A stretch of 64,000 nt of DNA from Limnothrix sp. BL-A-16 (GCA_041937175.2 CP166615.1:1856001-1920000); one strand, 5' to 3'; positions 30,268 to 40,935 are shown, numbered from the stretch's first letter. Numbers and translations are program-made. The notes: generated by a model from the letters alone, not told the origin.

Positions 30268-32910
30268 TCAGTCGCTAATATTTGTTTTGCGGCGATAAAC
30301 CATTTTTAATCCAGACTTAAACAGTCCACCAACTCGCCATTGTCCTGGATATCGCACTCGGTCTTCAAAAATCCCCCAATCCTTCATTTGCTGCAAAACT
30401 TCCCTGATCTTTAGCTCTGAAAGTTCAGTTCTTTTAGCCAACTCATTTACACGGTCATCAACCTTGAAAGGCGAATCTAAACCTTGAAAAGCTTCTAGCA
30501 GTTGCCTCACCTTATCCTTATTTTTTTCAGGATCTTCGTCCAGATCCAAGATATTAGATAGCTCATCTCGGACTTGCGTCATGTACTGTACGGCAGCATC
30601 TTCATGAGCAGTAAAAACTAACAAAGAATTGATCTTATCCCCATCAAGCTGCTTACCTTGAAAATCAAAGCTGCGCCAATCTCTATTGGATGATGGATCA
30701 GCAATGATGTCGAGGAAGAGTTCGTAAACCCTTGGATAGTAGCTTAATTGAGATTCATAACCACTGGCTGTGTCGGCAAAATAAGTCTTCAGAAATGTCA
30801 GCATTTTAATGCTGCTACGTTTAAGCTTGGGTGGAAAAATTTCTAATATCAGCTCTTCACATTCTTGTTCAGAAACCTCTGCTCTCTTTAGCTCACTGCT
30901 TCGTGCTTCTAGTTTTCTGACAGTCTCGGGAAAATGATCTTTGTACCAAGGCTTCTTGGAAATTCTCGACAGTAAAAAATTGAAAATCTCTTGAGTCCCC
31001 CATTCTAGGCGTAACTGCTTGCTGGTGCGAGCTTGTTGTTCAAGATTTTCAGCACTATACCGGCGTAAATCATCTCGAATAAAGAGCTTGATCCTGATTA
31101 CTTCGCTCCACCTAATTTCACTGGTGATAGAGCGTACAAATTCAAACAAAGCTTCCGTGTAGCTACGAATTAGTTTGGCATTGAAGGCAATCTCAACACT
31201 GTCGATCAGAAAAGTGCGAGACTCACGAGTTAAATCTAGTAATTTGATTTGAGTGATCAATTCATCAATAGTTGATGATCGCTTTGGCAGAGATTTACTA
31301 TTTTCAATGCGTTGCTTGAACTTTAATTCAAGCTTAGAGCGTGATGTTTTCTGGTCTTCAATTAAAGTTTCCAGTCCTGAAATGAGCAAGTCATACCAGA
31401 AATTGATTGGATTGTCTTTGTAAAATTCTGCTGCTCTAGCCTCTTGAATGATTGGGGAGCTAGCTTGTATACCTTGTGAAGTTCGATCTTCTGCATCAAC
31501 TAGTATGGGCTGACCCAAGCCTGACTTTGCTATTTCTGTAACCAAGCGAGTTTTACCAGTACCTTTCTTGCCAAAAATGTAAGTTGTTTCGTTACCAGAG
31601 CGTAGCAATTCACGGAAGTTCTTAGTTTGCACTAATGACCCTCCATCACTCGATCCAGAGAGAGTTAGGACTGGCATTGAGGATTTATCTTGGCTCTGAT
31701 CCTGAAGGTCTTTCTTGCCTAACAAATCCAGAACACTACGAATATTATTAATTGATTCTTTTGTTTGATCAGCAAGTTCACTAATTTCCGGCATTTGACC
31801 ACGATGATTCTCGCGAAAAGCAGAATCATAGGGCCACATAATCCAATGATCTTCAAGCAGCTCAGCAGAAAGATTGCCAAATTCTTCAGAATCGGGGTTC
31901 CTGTTTTCAACGTCTGCCAGCACCCCTAAGAGTTCTTCTTTTTGATCAGCAGTTCGGCTCTGATAGGAATCTTTTGTTTCATTGTCAGACTTAAATGAAA
32001 CAAAGCAACCTCTATCGGCAGAGTTTTCTCGCAAAAGAGCCTGAAAGAAGTCTTTTGCTAATCGCCATTGGTAATCGAGTCGATTGCAAATAACAGTAGG
32101 GCCTTTTAAGGTTGAGATCCAAGGTAGGGGAGTTGCAGAAATTCCCGATCGATGATCACAAAGCACTATGTCATATGAATGTTCTTTTGCAACTTTCTCT
32201 ACTTCCCTTGCCAGGCGTTCTGTCAGCAAGGAATCCATTGATAGACGTAAAGGCAATACAGCAGCTTCGATTTCATATTCTGATATGGCTGGGCGACAAA
32301 AAATCGCGTCAACCTGACCAACACTGGAAAAAACCTGTGACGGCTCAACATCGACTCCAGAACGACCAAAGCCAAGCAGCGTACTACGAATTGATTCGTT
32401 AGGTGCTCCGTAGAGAACATCCAATGAAGGCGCTTCTGTATCTAAATCTACTACCAACACTTTCCAGCCATCATTGGCTAAAGCTTTGGATAGCATCACC
32501 AGAATAGTAGATCTTGCCTGTCCACCCTTGTAGCCATAAAAATGAACTACTTTTAGTCGATCATCAGCTTCTTCTCCTGTGTCTAGGACTAGTTGATGAA
32601 GAAGCTCCTGTGTCAAGGCAAACGCGTAATGATTTCCCCGCTCCCGAAGTCGGCTGCTATATTCATTTTCAAATTCATTTGGTGATAGAAAGTCAATAGA
32701 AGCAGATGTATAGTAGAGTGTTTCATAAATAATAGATGTACTAGACTGAATTTTATTTGCCACAATCACATCGCGCTGGTCTGGTGGGACTGTGGAAAAC
32801 TCTTCAGAAATGCAAGCAAGGTATAACGAAGGATGACGATAAACCACCTTCAGGCTATCTAAGCCATAGGCTTCTTGTAGTTTTTCAATCAAACTTTTTA
32901 GTGAAAGCAT
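30268..32910 (-). CDS. Multidomain dual P-loop protein: MNT/BolA-like N-terminus + degenerate ParA/MinD-like (KGGQARST) + second P-loop NTPase (GKKGTGKT), copy 2
   Basis: FYGYKGGQARST, VDLDTEAPS, LCDHRSG; IFGKKGTGKT, FLIDSVE, IKLFIRDDL, YYPR, C-terminal KDWGIFE...W.V..LF..GL; colinear with 11735-14410. Confidence 0.85.
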   Translation of the reverse strand: MLSLKSLIEKLQEAYGLDSLKVVYRHPSLYLACISEEFSTVPPDQRDVIVANKIQSSTSIIYETLYYTSASIDFLSPNEFENEYSSRLRERGNHYAFALTQELLHQLVLDTGEEADDRLKVVHFYGYKGGQARSTILVMLSKALANDGWKVLVVDLDTEAPSLDVLYGAPNESIRSTLLGFGRSGVDVEPSQVFSSVGQVDAIFCRPAISEYEIEAAVLPLRLSMDSLLTERLAREVEKVAKEHSYDIVLCDHRSGISATPLPWISTLKGPTVICNRLDYQWRLAKDFFQALLRENSADRGCFVSFKSDNETKDSYQSRTADQKEELLGVLADVENRNPDSEEFGNLSAELLEDHWIMWPYDSAFRENHRGQMPEISELADQTKESINNIRSVLDLLGKKDLQDQSQDKSSMPVLTLSGSSDGGSLVQTKNFRELLRSGNETTYIFGKKGTGKTRLVTEIAKSGLGQPILVDAEDRTSQGIQASSPIIQEARAAEFYKDNPINFWYDLLISGLETLIEDQKTSRSKLELKFKQRIENSKSLPKRSSTIDELITQIKLLDLTRESRTFLIDSVEIAFNAKLIRSYTEALFEFVRSITSEIRWSEVIRIKLFIRDDLRRYSAENLEQQARTSKQLRLEWGTQEIFNFLLSRISKKPWYKDHFPETVRKLEARSSELKRAEVSEQECEELILEIFPPKLKRSSIKMLTFLKTYFADTASGYESQLSYYPRVYELFLDIIADPSSNRDWRSFDFQGKQLDGDKINSLLVFTAHEDAAVQYMTQVRDELSNILDLDEDPEKNKDKVRQLLEAFQGLDSPFKVDDRVNELAKRTELSELKIREVLQQMKDWGIFEDRVRYPGQWRVGGLFKSGLKMVYRRKTNISD

Positions 32911-32920
32911 AGAATTATTC

Positions 32921-33400
32921 TTAACTCAGCAATGAAAGTTTTCTCAAATGGTTGAGGATGTTTTGAGCTGTTCTCAAAGCATTCTCTAAGTCTTGCTCTG
33001 TCGTTTTGCCAGGTCGTCCATTGTGTATGTCAGACTCATGCTGTAAATAACGAATGTATGGATATTTTTGAATGTAAGCTTTCTGCGATTCTCCCTTGCC
33101 CCCTGTGCAGTACAAGTTATCAAAGTCATTTTTGAGGTTTACTGCATCGGCTCTTAGTTGCTTAATGATTTCTCGTTTTCGATAGTCAGTTTTGAATAAT
33201 GGATCAGAATCAGGATCAGAAAACAAGTTTTGAATGCCAGTTGTTATATCATGCCCAATTTGTGGCCAGGTCTTTGTCTTGTCTTTTAAACCGTCTTTGA
33301 CGGCTAGCTCAATAATGACCAGGGAGCAGTATAGATCGAGCAACTTTTTCGAGGTTTCTGACCCTGCTAGGAAGACTTGAGTATTGTACTTATGCGTCAT
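32921..33400 (-). CDS. HEPN-like helical protein, copy 2
   Basis: Y..L..IELAVKD ... GHDI ... YPYIRYLQH; 10 bp upstream of the ATPase gene, same arrangement as copy 1. Confidence 0.6.
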   Translation of the reverse strand: MTHKYNTQVFLAGSETSKKLLDLYCSLVIIELAVKDGLKDKTKTWPQIGHDITTGIQNLFSDPDSDPLFKTDYRKREIIKQLRADAVNLKNDFDNLYCTGGKGESQKAYIQKYPYIRYLQHESDIHNGRPGKTTEQDLENALRTAQNILNHLRKLSLLS

Positions 33401-33620
33401 TGAGTCCGGTGCTTAGAAAAAGTTTTAAATCTTGATTTTTTGAAAAACTGTTTGATGCTGTCTATTCTAGACTAATTGACAATTTATGGATCTTGATTGG
33501 CGTTAACCATTCAAATTTTAAACGCAATCCATGGTTGTTGCTGCTTTAGAAAAGCAATTCAGACAGCGCTCATTTTACAACCAGGCGATCGCGGGGCGCT
33601 GTCTGTTTTGGCTACGGGAG

Positions 33621-33842
33621 CTAGAGGCGCGATCGGGACAGGATGCGGACGACTTGATCGGGTTGGCCTGTGGGGACGGCGGGACTCCAGAGAATGGTTT
33701 CGCCGATGCCGCAGAGGTGCAGGCTTTTGACCAGGCGATCGACCCACTCGCTTTGACCCACGAGGATGATCCGGTTGCAGCGATCGTCCAGATGGTTCAG
33801 GCGTTCCAGAATAGGGCGATCGCCATTACTTGGGTTAGTCAT
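33621..33842 (-). CDS. Small conserved cyanobacterial protein (73 aa)
   Basis: ILVG....V...V..LH..G..E...WS...PTG.P..V..IL.R, a pattern I recall from small cyanobacterial ORFs lying beside XRE genes. Confidence 0.65.
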   Translation of the reverse strand: MTNPSNGDRPILERLNHLDDRCNRIILVGQSEWVDRLVKSLHLCGIGETILWSPAVPTGQPDQVVRILSRSRL

Positions 33843-33861
33843 ATCAATTGAGTGCTGCGAA

Positions 33862-33898
33862 TTGACAACAAATTCACTGTAATCGATCAAGTTGTCAA
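33862..33898. promoter_or_regulatory. Inverted repeat (candidate operator) in the divergent intergenic region
   Basis: TTGACAAC-N21-GTTGTCAA between the small ORF and the XRE array. Confidence 0.4.
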
Positions 33899-33934
33899 CT
33901 CGCAACCTTTACGCAATTTCCCGAGTTTGACACC

Positions 33935-34207
33935 ATGAGCGGCATGGGAAAAGCCGGGAAAGCATTACGCGAAACGTTACAGCAGCACAACCTCACGCAA
34001 AATCGTTTAGCCGTGACGATGGGAATTGCGCGCGGCACGATGAGCCATTGGGTGGCGGAAACGCGCGACCCGACGGCGGAAGCCATCCCAACTATTGTGG
34101 ATGCCCTAGAGCAGTTGAACCCGGAAGCCGCTCGAACATTTATTGAGATGTATTTGGGCCGGGCGATCGGGGAGCTGTCACCCAAGCAATTTGGGCAAGA
34201 AAATTGA
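33935..34207 (+). CDS. XRE/Cro-family HTH regulator, copy 1 (unit starts at ATG 33944)
   Basis: ALRETL..HNLTQNRLAVTMGIARGTMSHWV.ETRDP. Confidence 0.85.
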   Translation: MSGMGKAGKALRETLQQHNLTQNRLAVTMGIARGTMSHWVAETRDPTAEAIPTIVDALEQLNPEAARTFIEMYLGRAIGELSPKQFGQEN

Positions 34208-34471
34208 ATGGGAAAAGCCGGAAAAGCACTACGCACAACGTTGCAGCAATACAACATCGCCCAAAATCGCTTAGCGGTGACGATGGGCATCAATCGCGCC
34301 ACTATTAGCCATTGGTTCGCAGAAACGCGCGACCCAACAGCAGAATCGATTCCAGCGATTGTGGATGCGCTGGAGCAGTTGAATCCTGAGGCGGCGCAGG
34401 CTTTTGTTGAGGCCTATTTGGGCCGGGCGATCGGGGAGCTTTCACCCAAGCAATTTGGGCAAGAAAATTGA
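34208..34471 (+). CDS. XRE/Cro-family HTH regulator, copy 2
   Basis: 264-bp tandem unit; NIAQNRLAVTMGINRATISHWF.ETRDP; TGA-ATG abutted to copy 1. Confidence 0.85.
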   Translation: MGKAGKALRTTLQQYNIAQNRLAVTMGINRATISHWFAETRDPTAESIPAIVDALEQLNPEAAQAFVEAYLGRAIGELSPKQFGQEN

Positions 34472-34639
34472 ATGGGAAAAGCCGGGAAAGCACTACGCAC
34501 AACGTTGCAGCAATACAACATCGCCCAAAATCGCTTAGCGGTGACGATGGGTATCAATCGCGCCACCATTAGCCATTGGTTCGCAGAAACGCGCGACCCA
34601 ACAGCAGAATCGATTGCTCCCACGGTTCTGAAGATTTAG
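34472..34639 (+). pseudogene. XRE HTH copy 3, 3'-truncated (55 aa)
   Basis: Nearly identical to copy 2 up to ...GAATCGATT, then diverges and stops at TAG 34637-34639 next to the gyrB stop. Confidence 0.75.
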
Positions 34640-34640
34640 G

Positions 34641-36578
34641 CTAAATATCCAGGTCAGTGAGGTTCAGTTTGGCCCCGTAGGTTTCAATAAATTCCCGGCG
34701 CGGAGCCACCCGATCGCCCATCAAGATTGTGAAGATCCGATCGGCCTCAGCCGCATCATCGATTTCCACCCGTTTCATGGTGCGGGTTTCCGGGTTCATG
34801 GTGGTGTCCCAAAGCTGATTGGGCATCATTTCACCCAAACCTTTGAACCGTTGAATGTTGTAGTTGGCATTGGCTGGGAAGCCCGCCAAAATTTGCTGCA
34901 ACTCCCGATCGCTGTAGCAATATTGATGATTGCGGCCGCGCTCCACTTTGTATAGCGGTGGGCAAGCAATATAGATGTGTCCTTGCTCCACCAGCTCCCG
35001 TTGATAGCGATAGAAAAAGGTCAGCAGCAGGGTGCGAATGTGGGCCCCGTCCACGTCCGCATCGGTCATCAACACCACCCGGTGATAGCGCAGTTGGGAA
35101 ACATCAAATTCCTCGCCTTTGATGCCTAATCCCAGGGCGGAAATCAGCGATTGAATTTCAGTGTTCTTATAGATCTTGGCATCATCGGTTTTTTCGATGT
35201 TGAGGATTTTTCCGCGCAGGGGCAAAATGGCTTGGAACCGGCGATTTCGCCCTTGCTTGGCGGAACCTCCTGCCGAGTCGCCTTCCACAATAAAAATTTC
35301 TGATTCGGACGGATCCTTCGAGCTGCAATCGGCTAACTTACCTGGCAAGGGCGACGATTCCAGCACTGACTTGCGGCGCACCAATTCCCGGGCCCGGCGA
35401 GCCGCTTCGGCCGCATTAAAGGCCTGGATTGCCTTTTCTAAGATGGAGTCAGCCACGCCGGGCCGGAACTCCAAATATTCCGTGAAGACTTCCCCCACCA
35501 GGGAATCCACAATGCCGCGCACCTCGGGGTTACCGAGTTTGGTTTTGGTTTGTCCTTCAAATTCTGGATCGGGCACTTTGACGGAAATAATCGCCGTCAG
35601 CCCTTCGCGAATATGTTCGCCACCTAGGTTGGCATCGCCATCTTTTAGTTTGTTGCGCTTGCGGGCGATCGCGTTCATGGTGCGGGTCAAAACGGCTTTC
35701 AACCCTTCCAGGTGGGTTCCGCCATCCACGGTGCGAATGTTGTTGGCAAACCCGAATAGGTTGTCCGTATAGGCATCGATCGACCATTGCATGGCCACTT
35801 CCACATGCACCCCGTCGCGCTCCCCTTGCACGTAGAGAATTTCCTCATGGAGGGGCAGCCGATCGCGGTTGATGTAGGCCACATATTCCCGAATGCCGCC
35901 TTCGTAGCAGTAGGTTTCAACCTTGGGCTGCTCGGTGCGCAATAGCTCCAGCCGGTGATCGCTGAAGGTAATCTTCACGCCCGCATTCAGATAGGCCAAC
36001 TCCCGTAGCCGACTGGCGAGGGTGGCGTAGTCAAATTCTGTACCGGTGATGAAAATTTCGCGATCGGGCAAAAAGGTGACCCGCGTGCCCGTTTGGGAAT
36101 CGTCGCTGGGTTCGCTGGTCAAGGGGCCTTGGGGAATCCCTCGGCTGTAGCGTTGAACGTACCGTTGACTCAGGCGCTTGACTTCAACAATTACTTCTTC
36201 CGAGAGGGCATTCACCACGGACACGCCCACGCCGTGGAGACCGCCGGATACCTTATAGCCACCGCCGCCGAATTTGCCGCCCGCGTGCAGCACGGTCATC
36301 ACGGTTTCGAGGGCGGATTTGCCGGTTTGGGGATGAATATCAACGGGGATGCCGCGGCCGTCGTCGGTGACGGTGACGGAGCCGTTGGCATTCAGATCCA
36401 CTTCGATGTGGGTGCAATAACCAGCGAGGGCTTCATCGATCGAGTTGTCCACCACCTCGTAAACTAGATGATGGAGACCGCGCGGCCCGGTGGAGCCGAT
36501 GTACATTCCCGGTCGCTTGCGGACAGGTTCAAGCCCTTCAAGAACCTGAATTTGATCTGCCCCGTAGTTGCTGGTCAT
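34641..36578 (-). CDS. gyrB: DNA gyrase subunit B
   Basis: [65 protein letters not shown]. Confidence 0.98.
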   Translation of the reverse strand: MTSNYGADQIQVLEGLEPVRKRPGMYIGSTGPRGLHHLVYEVVDNSIDEALAGYCTHIEVDLNANGSVTVTDDGRGIPVDIHPQTGKSALETVMTVLHAGGKFGGGGYKVSGGLHGVGVSVVNALSEEVIVEVKRLSQRYVQRYSRGIPQGPLTSEPSDDSQTGTRVTFLPDREIFITGTEFDYATLASRLRELAYLNAGVKITFSDHRLELLRTEQPKVETYCYEGGIREYVAYINRDRLPLHEEILYVQGERDGVHVEVAMQWSIDAYTDNLFGFANNIRTVDGGTHLEGLKAVLTRTMNAIARKRNKLKDGDANLGGEHIREGLTAIISVKVPDPEFEGQTKTKLGNPEVRGIVDSLVGEVFTEYLEFRPGVADSILEKAIQAFNAAEAARRARELVRRKSVLESSPLPGKLADCSSKDPSESEIFIVEGDSAGGSAKQGRNRRFQAILPLRGKILNIEKTDDAKIYKNTEIQSLISALGLGIKGEEFDVSQLRYHRVVLMTDADVDGAHIRTLLLTFFYRYQRELVEQGHIYIACPPLYKVERGRNHQYCYSDRELQQILAGFPANANYNIQRFKGLGEMMPNQLWDTTMNPETRTMKRVEIDDAAEADRIFTILMGDRVAPRREFIETYGAKLNLTDLDI

Positions 36579-36811
36579 GCTCGCTCCACTCCAGATTGGA
36601 CATCTTAGGCAGGTTAAATTTGCCTAAAGCCCTATAACTTCAAAACATTCCAAGATTTTAGCACAAACGGGTTCTAGGAGTTGCCAGGGTACGCTTGTTA
36701 TGAATTTAGGCTTGGGATTGATTGACCTTGAAAAATGCCTGGAAAGGTCACTAACAGCCCTAGAAATTTGCCTTCCTAAGGTTGCAGCGGGGAGCCATTT
36801 CCCCCCCCTGA

Positions 36812-36992
36812 TGAGGCGATCTGAGCAGCCAAAATTGATACACCGCTTACCCCAGCGATCAATGCAGACAAAGGGCTAACGATCAATGCAGACAAGGGGC
36901 TAACGATCAATGCAGACAAGGGGCTTAAGCCCCTTGCCCCTACGACTATTGGGGCTTAACCAGAGCTTTCAGAGACTTTTCAAACATCCCCT
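36812..36992. mobile_element. MITE-like element, family B, with the palindrome at 36917-36936 and a 24-bp triplication of its left arm
   Basis: Right end ACTTTTCAAACATCCCCT then TA; degenerate left end TGAGGCGATCTGAGCAG; CGATCAATGCAGACAA(A/G)GGGCT three times at 36856, 36880, 36904. Confidence 0.55.
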
Positions 36993-38299
36993 TAGGCTCC
37001 TAGGGGAATGGCCGATCGCAAGGCGGCCATGAGCTGGGCCAGATGTTCGGGCTGGTGGGTGGCCATCAGGGTCAGGCGCAGGCGGCTGGTGGGCACAGTG
37101 GGCGGTCGAATGGCTCCAATCCACAGACCGGCTTCGGCGAGCGATCGCCCCAATTGGCTGGCGGTGGCCGGGTTGGGCACTTGCAAGCAGAGGATAGGCG
37201 ATTCGCTGGGCAGTAGGCGGTAGGCGCGATCGCCCTGGGTGAGTTTGGCGGGTTGAGTGGCTAACCAGTCCTGGAGAGCTTGCCGGAGCGATCGGGTGTT
37301 TTGCCAAAGGGCGGCCCGTCGATTGGGTTCTTGGTTCACAATCCGAATGGCAGCCAGGGCGGCGGCCGTGTCGGCGGGTGAAAGGCCTGTGGTGTAAATC
37401 CAACTGGCGGCCCGATTGCGTAAAAAATCCACTAAGGTTGCCGAACCGGCCACATAGCCCCCCAAGCTGCCCAGGGCCTTACTGAGGGTTCCCATTTGAA
37501 TCAGCGATCGCCCGCTACACCCCAGGGCCTCCACGCAGCCGGCCCCCGTGGCCCCAAAAACCCCCGTGCCATGGGCCTCGTCCACCAATACCATGGCGGA
37601 AAAGGCCTCCGCCATGTCCAGAATTTCCGGCAGGGGAGCCAAGTCCCCATCCATGCTGAACACTGTGTCCGTGAGGATCAGGCAGCGGCGGTAGTGGGAA
37701 CGGTGGCTTTGGAGTCGATCGCCCAACTCCTGCAAATCACCATGCCGATAGTCCACCACCGTGGCTCCACTGAGCTTGGCCCCGGCGATCAGGCTGGAAT
37801 GGTTATAGGCATCGTTCAAAATCAAATCTCGCGGGCCGACCAAAGCGGCGATCGTGCCCAGATTCGCCAAATAGCCGGAACTGAAGACGATCGCGTCTTC
37901 GGTCTGTTTCAGTTGGGCGATCGCCTGTTCCAGTTCCCGGTGCAACGCTCGCTGGCCGGTAATCAACCGTGAGCCAGTGCTGCCGGTTCCGTTGGTTTGA
38001 ATCGCCTCGATCGCGGCGGCCATTAACCGACCATCGCCCGCCAGTCCCAAATAGTCATTGCTGGCGAAGTTAATCAGGGTGCGGCCGTCGCGCTCCACCA
38101 CAGCCCCCGGCCGGCCGCTGAGGGTTTGGGGCGATCGATGCCAATGGACCCGGTGAATCGTCTGGAGGGCCTTGGCCATCCAATCGTAGGGAGACTCGGT
38201 TGATGAAGGGCTGGAAATAGACTCAGGAATGGGCATCGGTGGCGCGATCGACGGCATGGTCAGCCCTGGGTTGGGCTGGGGTGGCAGATCCCTGCCCAT
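36992..38299 (-). CDS. bioF: 8-amino-7-oxononanoate synthase (true start probably ATG 38236 or later)
   Basis: [52 protein letters not shown]. Confidence 0.95.
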   Translation of the reverse strand: MGRDLPPQPNPGLTMPSIAPPMPIPESISSPSSTESPYDWMAKALQTIHRVHWHRSPQTLSGRPGAVVERDGRTLINFASNDYLGLAGDGRLMAAAIEAIQTNGTGSTGSRLITGQRALHRELEQAIAQLKQTEDAIVFSSGYLANLGTIAALVGPRDLILNDAYNHSSLIAGAKLSGATVVDYRHGDLQELGDRLQSHRSHYRRCLILTDTVFSMDGDLAPLPEILDMAEAFSAMVLVDEAHGTGVFGATGAGCVEALGCSGRSLIQMGTLSKALGSLGGYVAGSATLVDFLRNRAASWIYTTGLSPADTAAALAAIRIVNQEPNRRAALWQNTRSLRQALQDWLATQPAKLTQGDRAYRLLPSESPILCLQVPNPATASQLGRSLAEAGLWIGAIRPPTVPTSRLRLTLMATHQPEHLAQLMAALRSAIPLGA

Positions 38300-40466
38300 T
38301 ATGATCGATCGAATTCAAATCCTTGGGATCATCCTCCGGATCAAAATCCCCGTGCTGACTGTCCTCAGCTTGCCGATCGCCGGCTGAACGATCGCTCCCA
38401 TCCGCACGATCGGGGTCAAAATCACCCGAATTAGAATCACTAAAATTACTAAGATTTCTCATCCTTGGATCGCCAGCTATTTCACCGAATCTTTCGGAAA
38501 GATCGGGATCCGACGCTGGCGGCCGCTCGCCCACCAGCCAGTAGGTGAGCATTTCCCCGCGGCCTCGCACTTGCCAGGGCCCGCGCGGCTCCAAAACGAA
38601 TTGATCGCCTAACAGGGCCGCCGTGGAAGCCGTCACCTGAATTTTGCCTGCCTCCCCTTGAGATTCCATTCGGCTGGCAATATTCACCGTGTCGCCCCAG
38701 AGATCATAGATAAACTTGCGAATACCAATGACCCCCGCCACCAAAGGGCCAGTATTCAGTCCAATTCGCAACTGAAACGTTTGCCCATTTTTGCGTTGAA
38801 ACTGCCCGATCGCCTGCTGCATTTCCAAAGCCATACGCGCCGTGTTGATGGCATGGTTAGGATGCGCCGAAGGTACGCCCCCCACGGCCATGTAGGCATC
38901 CCCGATCGTTTTGATTTTTTCAACGCCATAACGTTCAGCAATCCGATCGAACTCCGAAAAAATGTCATTCAAACAGGACACCAACTCCGCCGCTTGAATT
39001 TGGGAAGCCCATTCCGTAAACCCCACAATGTCCGCAAACAGCACCGTTGCCGACTCGAAGCGATCGGCCATGGCCGTCTGTTGCATTTTCAGGCGTTGGG
39101 CAATTTTTTGGGGCAAAATATTCAGCAATAATTGCTCCGATTGTTGCCGCTGTTGCCGTAATTCCAGCTCCGTTTTGCGGCGTTCGGTAATCTCTTGCAC
39201 CATGCCTTCAAAATAAAGAAACTTGCCCCCGGAATCATAAACACTGCGAACGGTTTCAGAAATCCAAATTCGCCGGCCATCCTTCCGGTAAACTTCCGAC
39301 TCAAAATTGGATACTTCCCCGTATTGGGCCATGTAAGCCAAAAACTCTTCGCGACGGTGCGATCGCACGTAAAGCTGTTGTCCCACGTTGGTAATTGATT
39401 CCATCATCTCCTGAGGAGATCCATAGCCACAGATGCGGGCCAAGGTCGGATTGATACTCATAAATCGCCCTTCCCAAGTAGCTTGAAAGATTCCTTCTAG
39501 GGCATTTTCAAAAATACTGCGATAGTTTTCCTCTGCCTTTTGCAGGGCATCGGCCGCTAACTTGCGATCGGTAATATCATCCAAAACGCCTAAAACCCCA
39601 ATCACCTGACCCGCTTCATCTCGAATCGGCACTCGGTAGCAATCTAACCAGATGGGCTGGCCCCCTTCGGCGTGGCGATACTTCCGTAGTAGTTGATGGG
39701 AAATGGGTTGATTGGTTTCAATCACCCGGCGATCTTGGGCCCGAAATTGTTCCGCAATGGCTGGATCTTCAATTAAGTCCTGATCGGTTTTGCCAATCAC
39801 ACTTTCAGGATCTCCCAAGCCGGATGCTTCCGCCCAACTGCGGTTACAACCCAGAAAAACTAAGTCAGCGTTTTTCCAAAAAATTTGCTGAGGAATATTA
39901 TCTAAAATGATGCGCAAATATTGCTTTTGTTCGCGCAAAACAGCGGCGGTTTTTTCATGTTCCGCCACTTCCGCCATTAGCCGCTGATTTTGTTCGGCGA
40001 CCAGCTTGGTGGCACGCTGAATTTTCAGGTGTGTGTTAACCCGAACCAACACTTCTTCGAGGGCAAAGGGTTTAATTAAATAATCAACACCACCCACTTT
40101 GAAGGCCTGGATTTTATCTAGGCTGCCATCGGAGCTACCGGTGAAAATAATCGGAATATCGGCAGTTTCTGGGTTGGTTTTCAGTTCCTCGCAAAGGGCA
40201 AAGCCACTGCGATCGGGCAGATACACATCCAATAGGATGAGGTCAAAGGTATGGTGCTTCAGTTGTTGCCAAGCCTGATGGGCATTATCCGCCAGCAGGA
40301 TGTGATAGCCCTCACGCGCTAGAAGTTGATGCAAAAGAGTTCGATCGTCCGTTCGATCGTCCACGATCAACAGACTGGAGCGGGCCACCGACCAATCAGG
40401 ACGCAGAACGGGTCTCTCTGCACCGTCGGGCAAACTCTCGGCAGACGGGTCGATCGAGAAAGTCAC
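38223..40466 (-). CDS. Class III adenylate/guanylate cyclase with REC and two PAS domains
   Basis: REC ([16 protein letters not shown]), two [47 protein letters not shown]. Confidence 0.93.
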   Translation of the reverse strand: MTFSIDPSAESLPDGAERPVLRPDWSVARSSLLIVDDRTDDRTLLHQLLAREGYHILLADNAHQAWQQLKHHTFDLILLDVYLPDRSGFALCEELKTNPETADIPIIFTGSSDGSLDKIQAFKVGGVDYLIKPFALEEVLVRVNTHLKIQRATKLVAEQNQRLMAEVAEHEKTAAVLREQKQYLRIILDNIPQQIFWKNADLVFLGCNRSWAEASGLGDPESVIGKTDQDLIEDPAIAEQFRAQDRRVIETNQPISHQLLRKYRHAEGGQPIWLDCYRVPIRDEAGQVIGVLGVLDDITDRKLAADALQKAEENYRSIFENALEGIFQATWEGRFMSINPTLARICGYGSPQEMMESITNVGQQLYVRSHRREEFLAYMAQYGEVSNFESEVYRKDGRRIWISETVRSVYDSGGKFLYFEGMVQEITERRKTELELRQQRQQSEQLLLNILPQKIAQRLKMQQTAMADRFESATVLFADIVGFTEWASQIQAAELVSCLNDIFSEFDRIAERYGVEKIKTIGDAYMAVGGVPSAHPNHAINTARMALEMQQAIGQFQRKNGQTFQLRIGLNTGPLVAGVIGIRKFIYDLWGDTVNIASRMESQGEAGKIQVTASTAALLGDQFVLEPRGPWQVRGRGEMLTYWLVGERPPASDPDLSERFGEIAGDPRMRNLSNFSDSNSGDFDPDRADGSDRSAGDRQAEDSQHGDFDPEDDPKDLNSIDHNGQGSATPAQPRADHAVDRATDAHS

Positions 40467-40935
40467 AAGGCTCTCCTCAAAAGCTGAGGCGCAAACGAAG
40501 CCGCATCACGGCAAACTACCAATATCTTATCGCTGACCTAGCTTCTGGCGAAGAAGCATTCTTGGATCATGTTCCGCATAATCACGGTTATGTCCTGGCT
40601 GATGATCTCTGTCCATCGTCGTTATTCTTGCGAAAAATGGATATTTTCGGGTCTAATATGACCAAATTGCAACGCAAAGAGCGCTCCAGTCGCATCTTCA
40701 GACTCCGAGATTAGCTAAGTAGCAATTAATACGGTGCTCCGAAAATACTCGATCGACTGTGAGCGAAGCGTGAACATTGGCCCTGTCCCGGGCGGCAGTT
40801 TTGGGTGGGTTCGGGGTGGCTTGTCGGTCTTTGCTGGCTGATTTTCAGGGGCTGACAAATTTCAGAGGTTGGTGCAGGAGTTTGTTTTAGGTTGCCCATT
40901 TGTTTTAGGTTGTTGGTCTTGGTTGGCTTGATTGG

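Noticed and set aside
33531..33851. Plus-strand 106-aa ORF
   Set aside because: It overlaps the minus-strand ORF that carries a recognisable conserved pattern; probably a shadow ORF.
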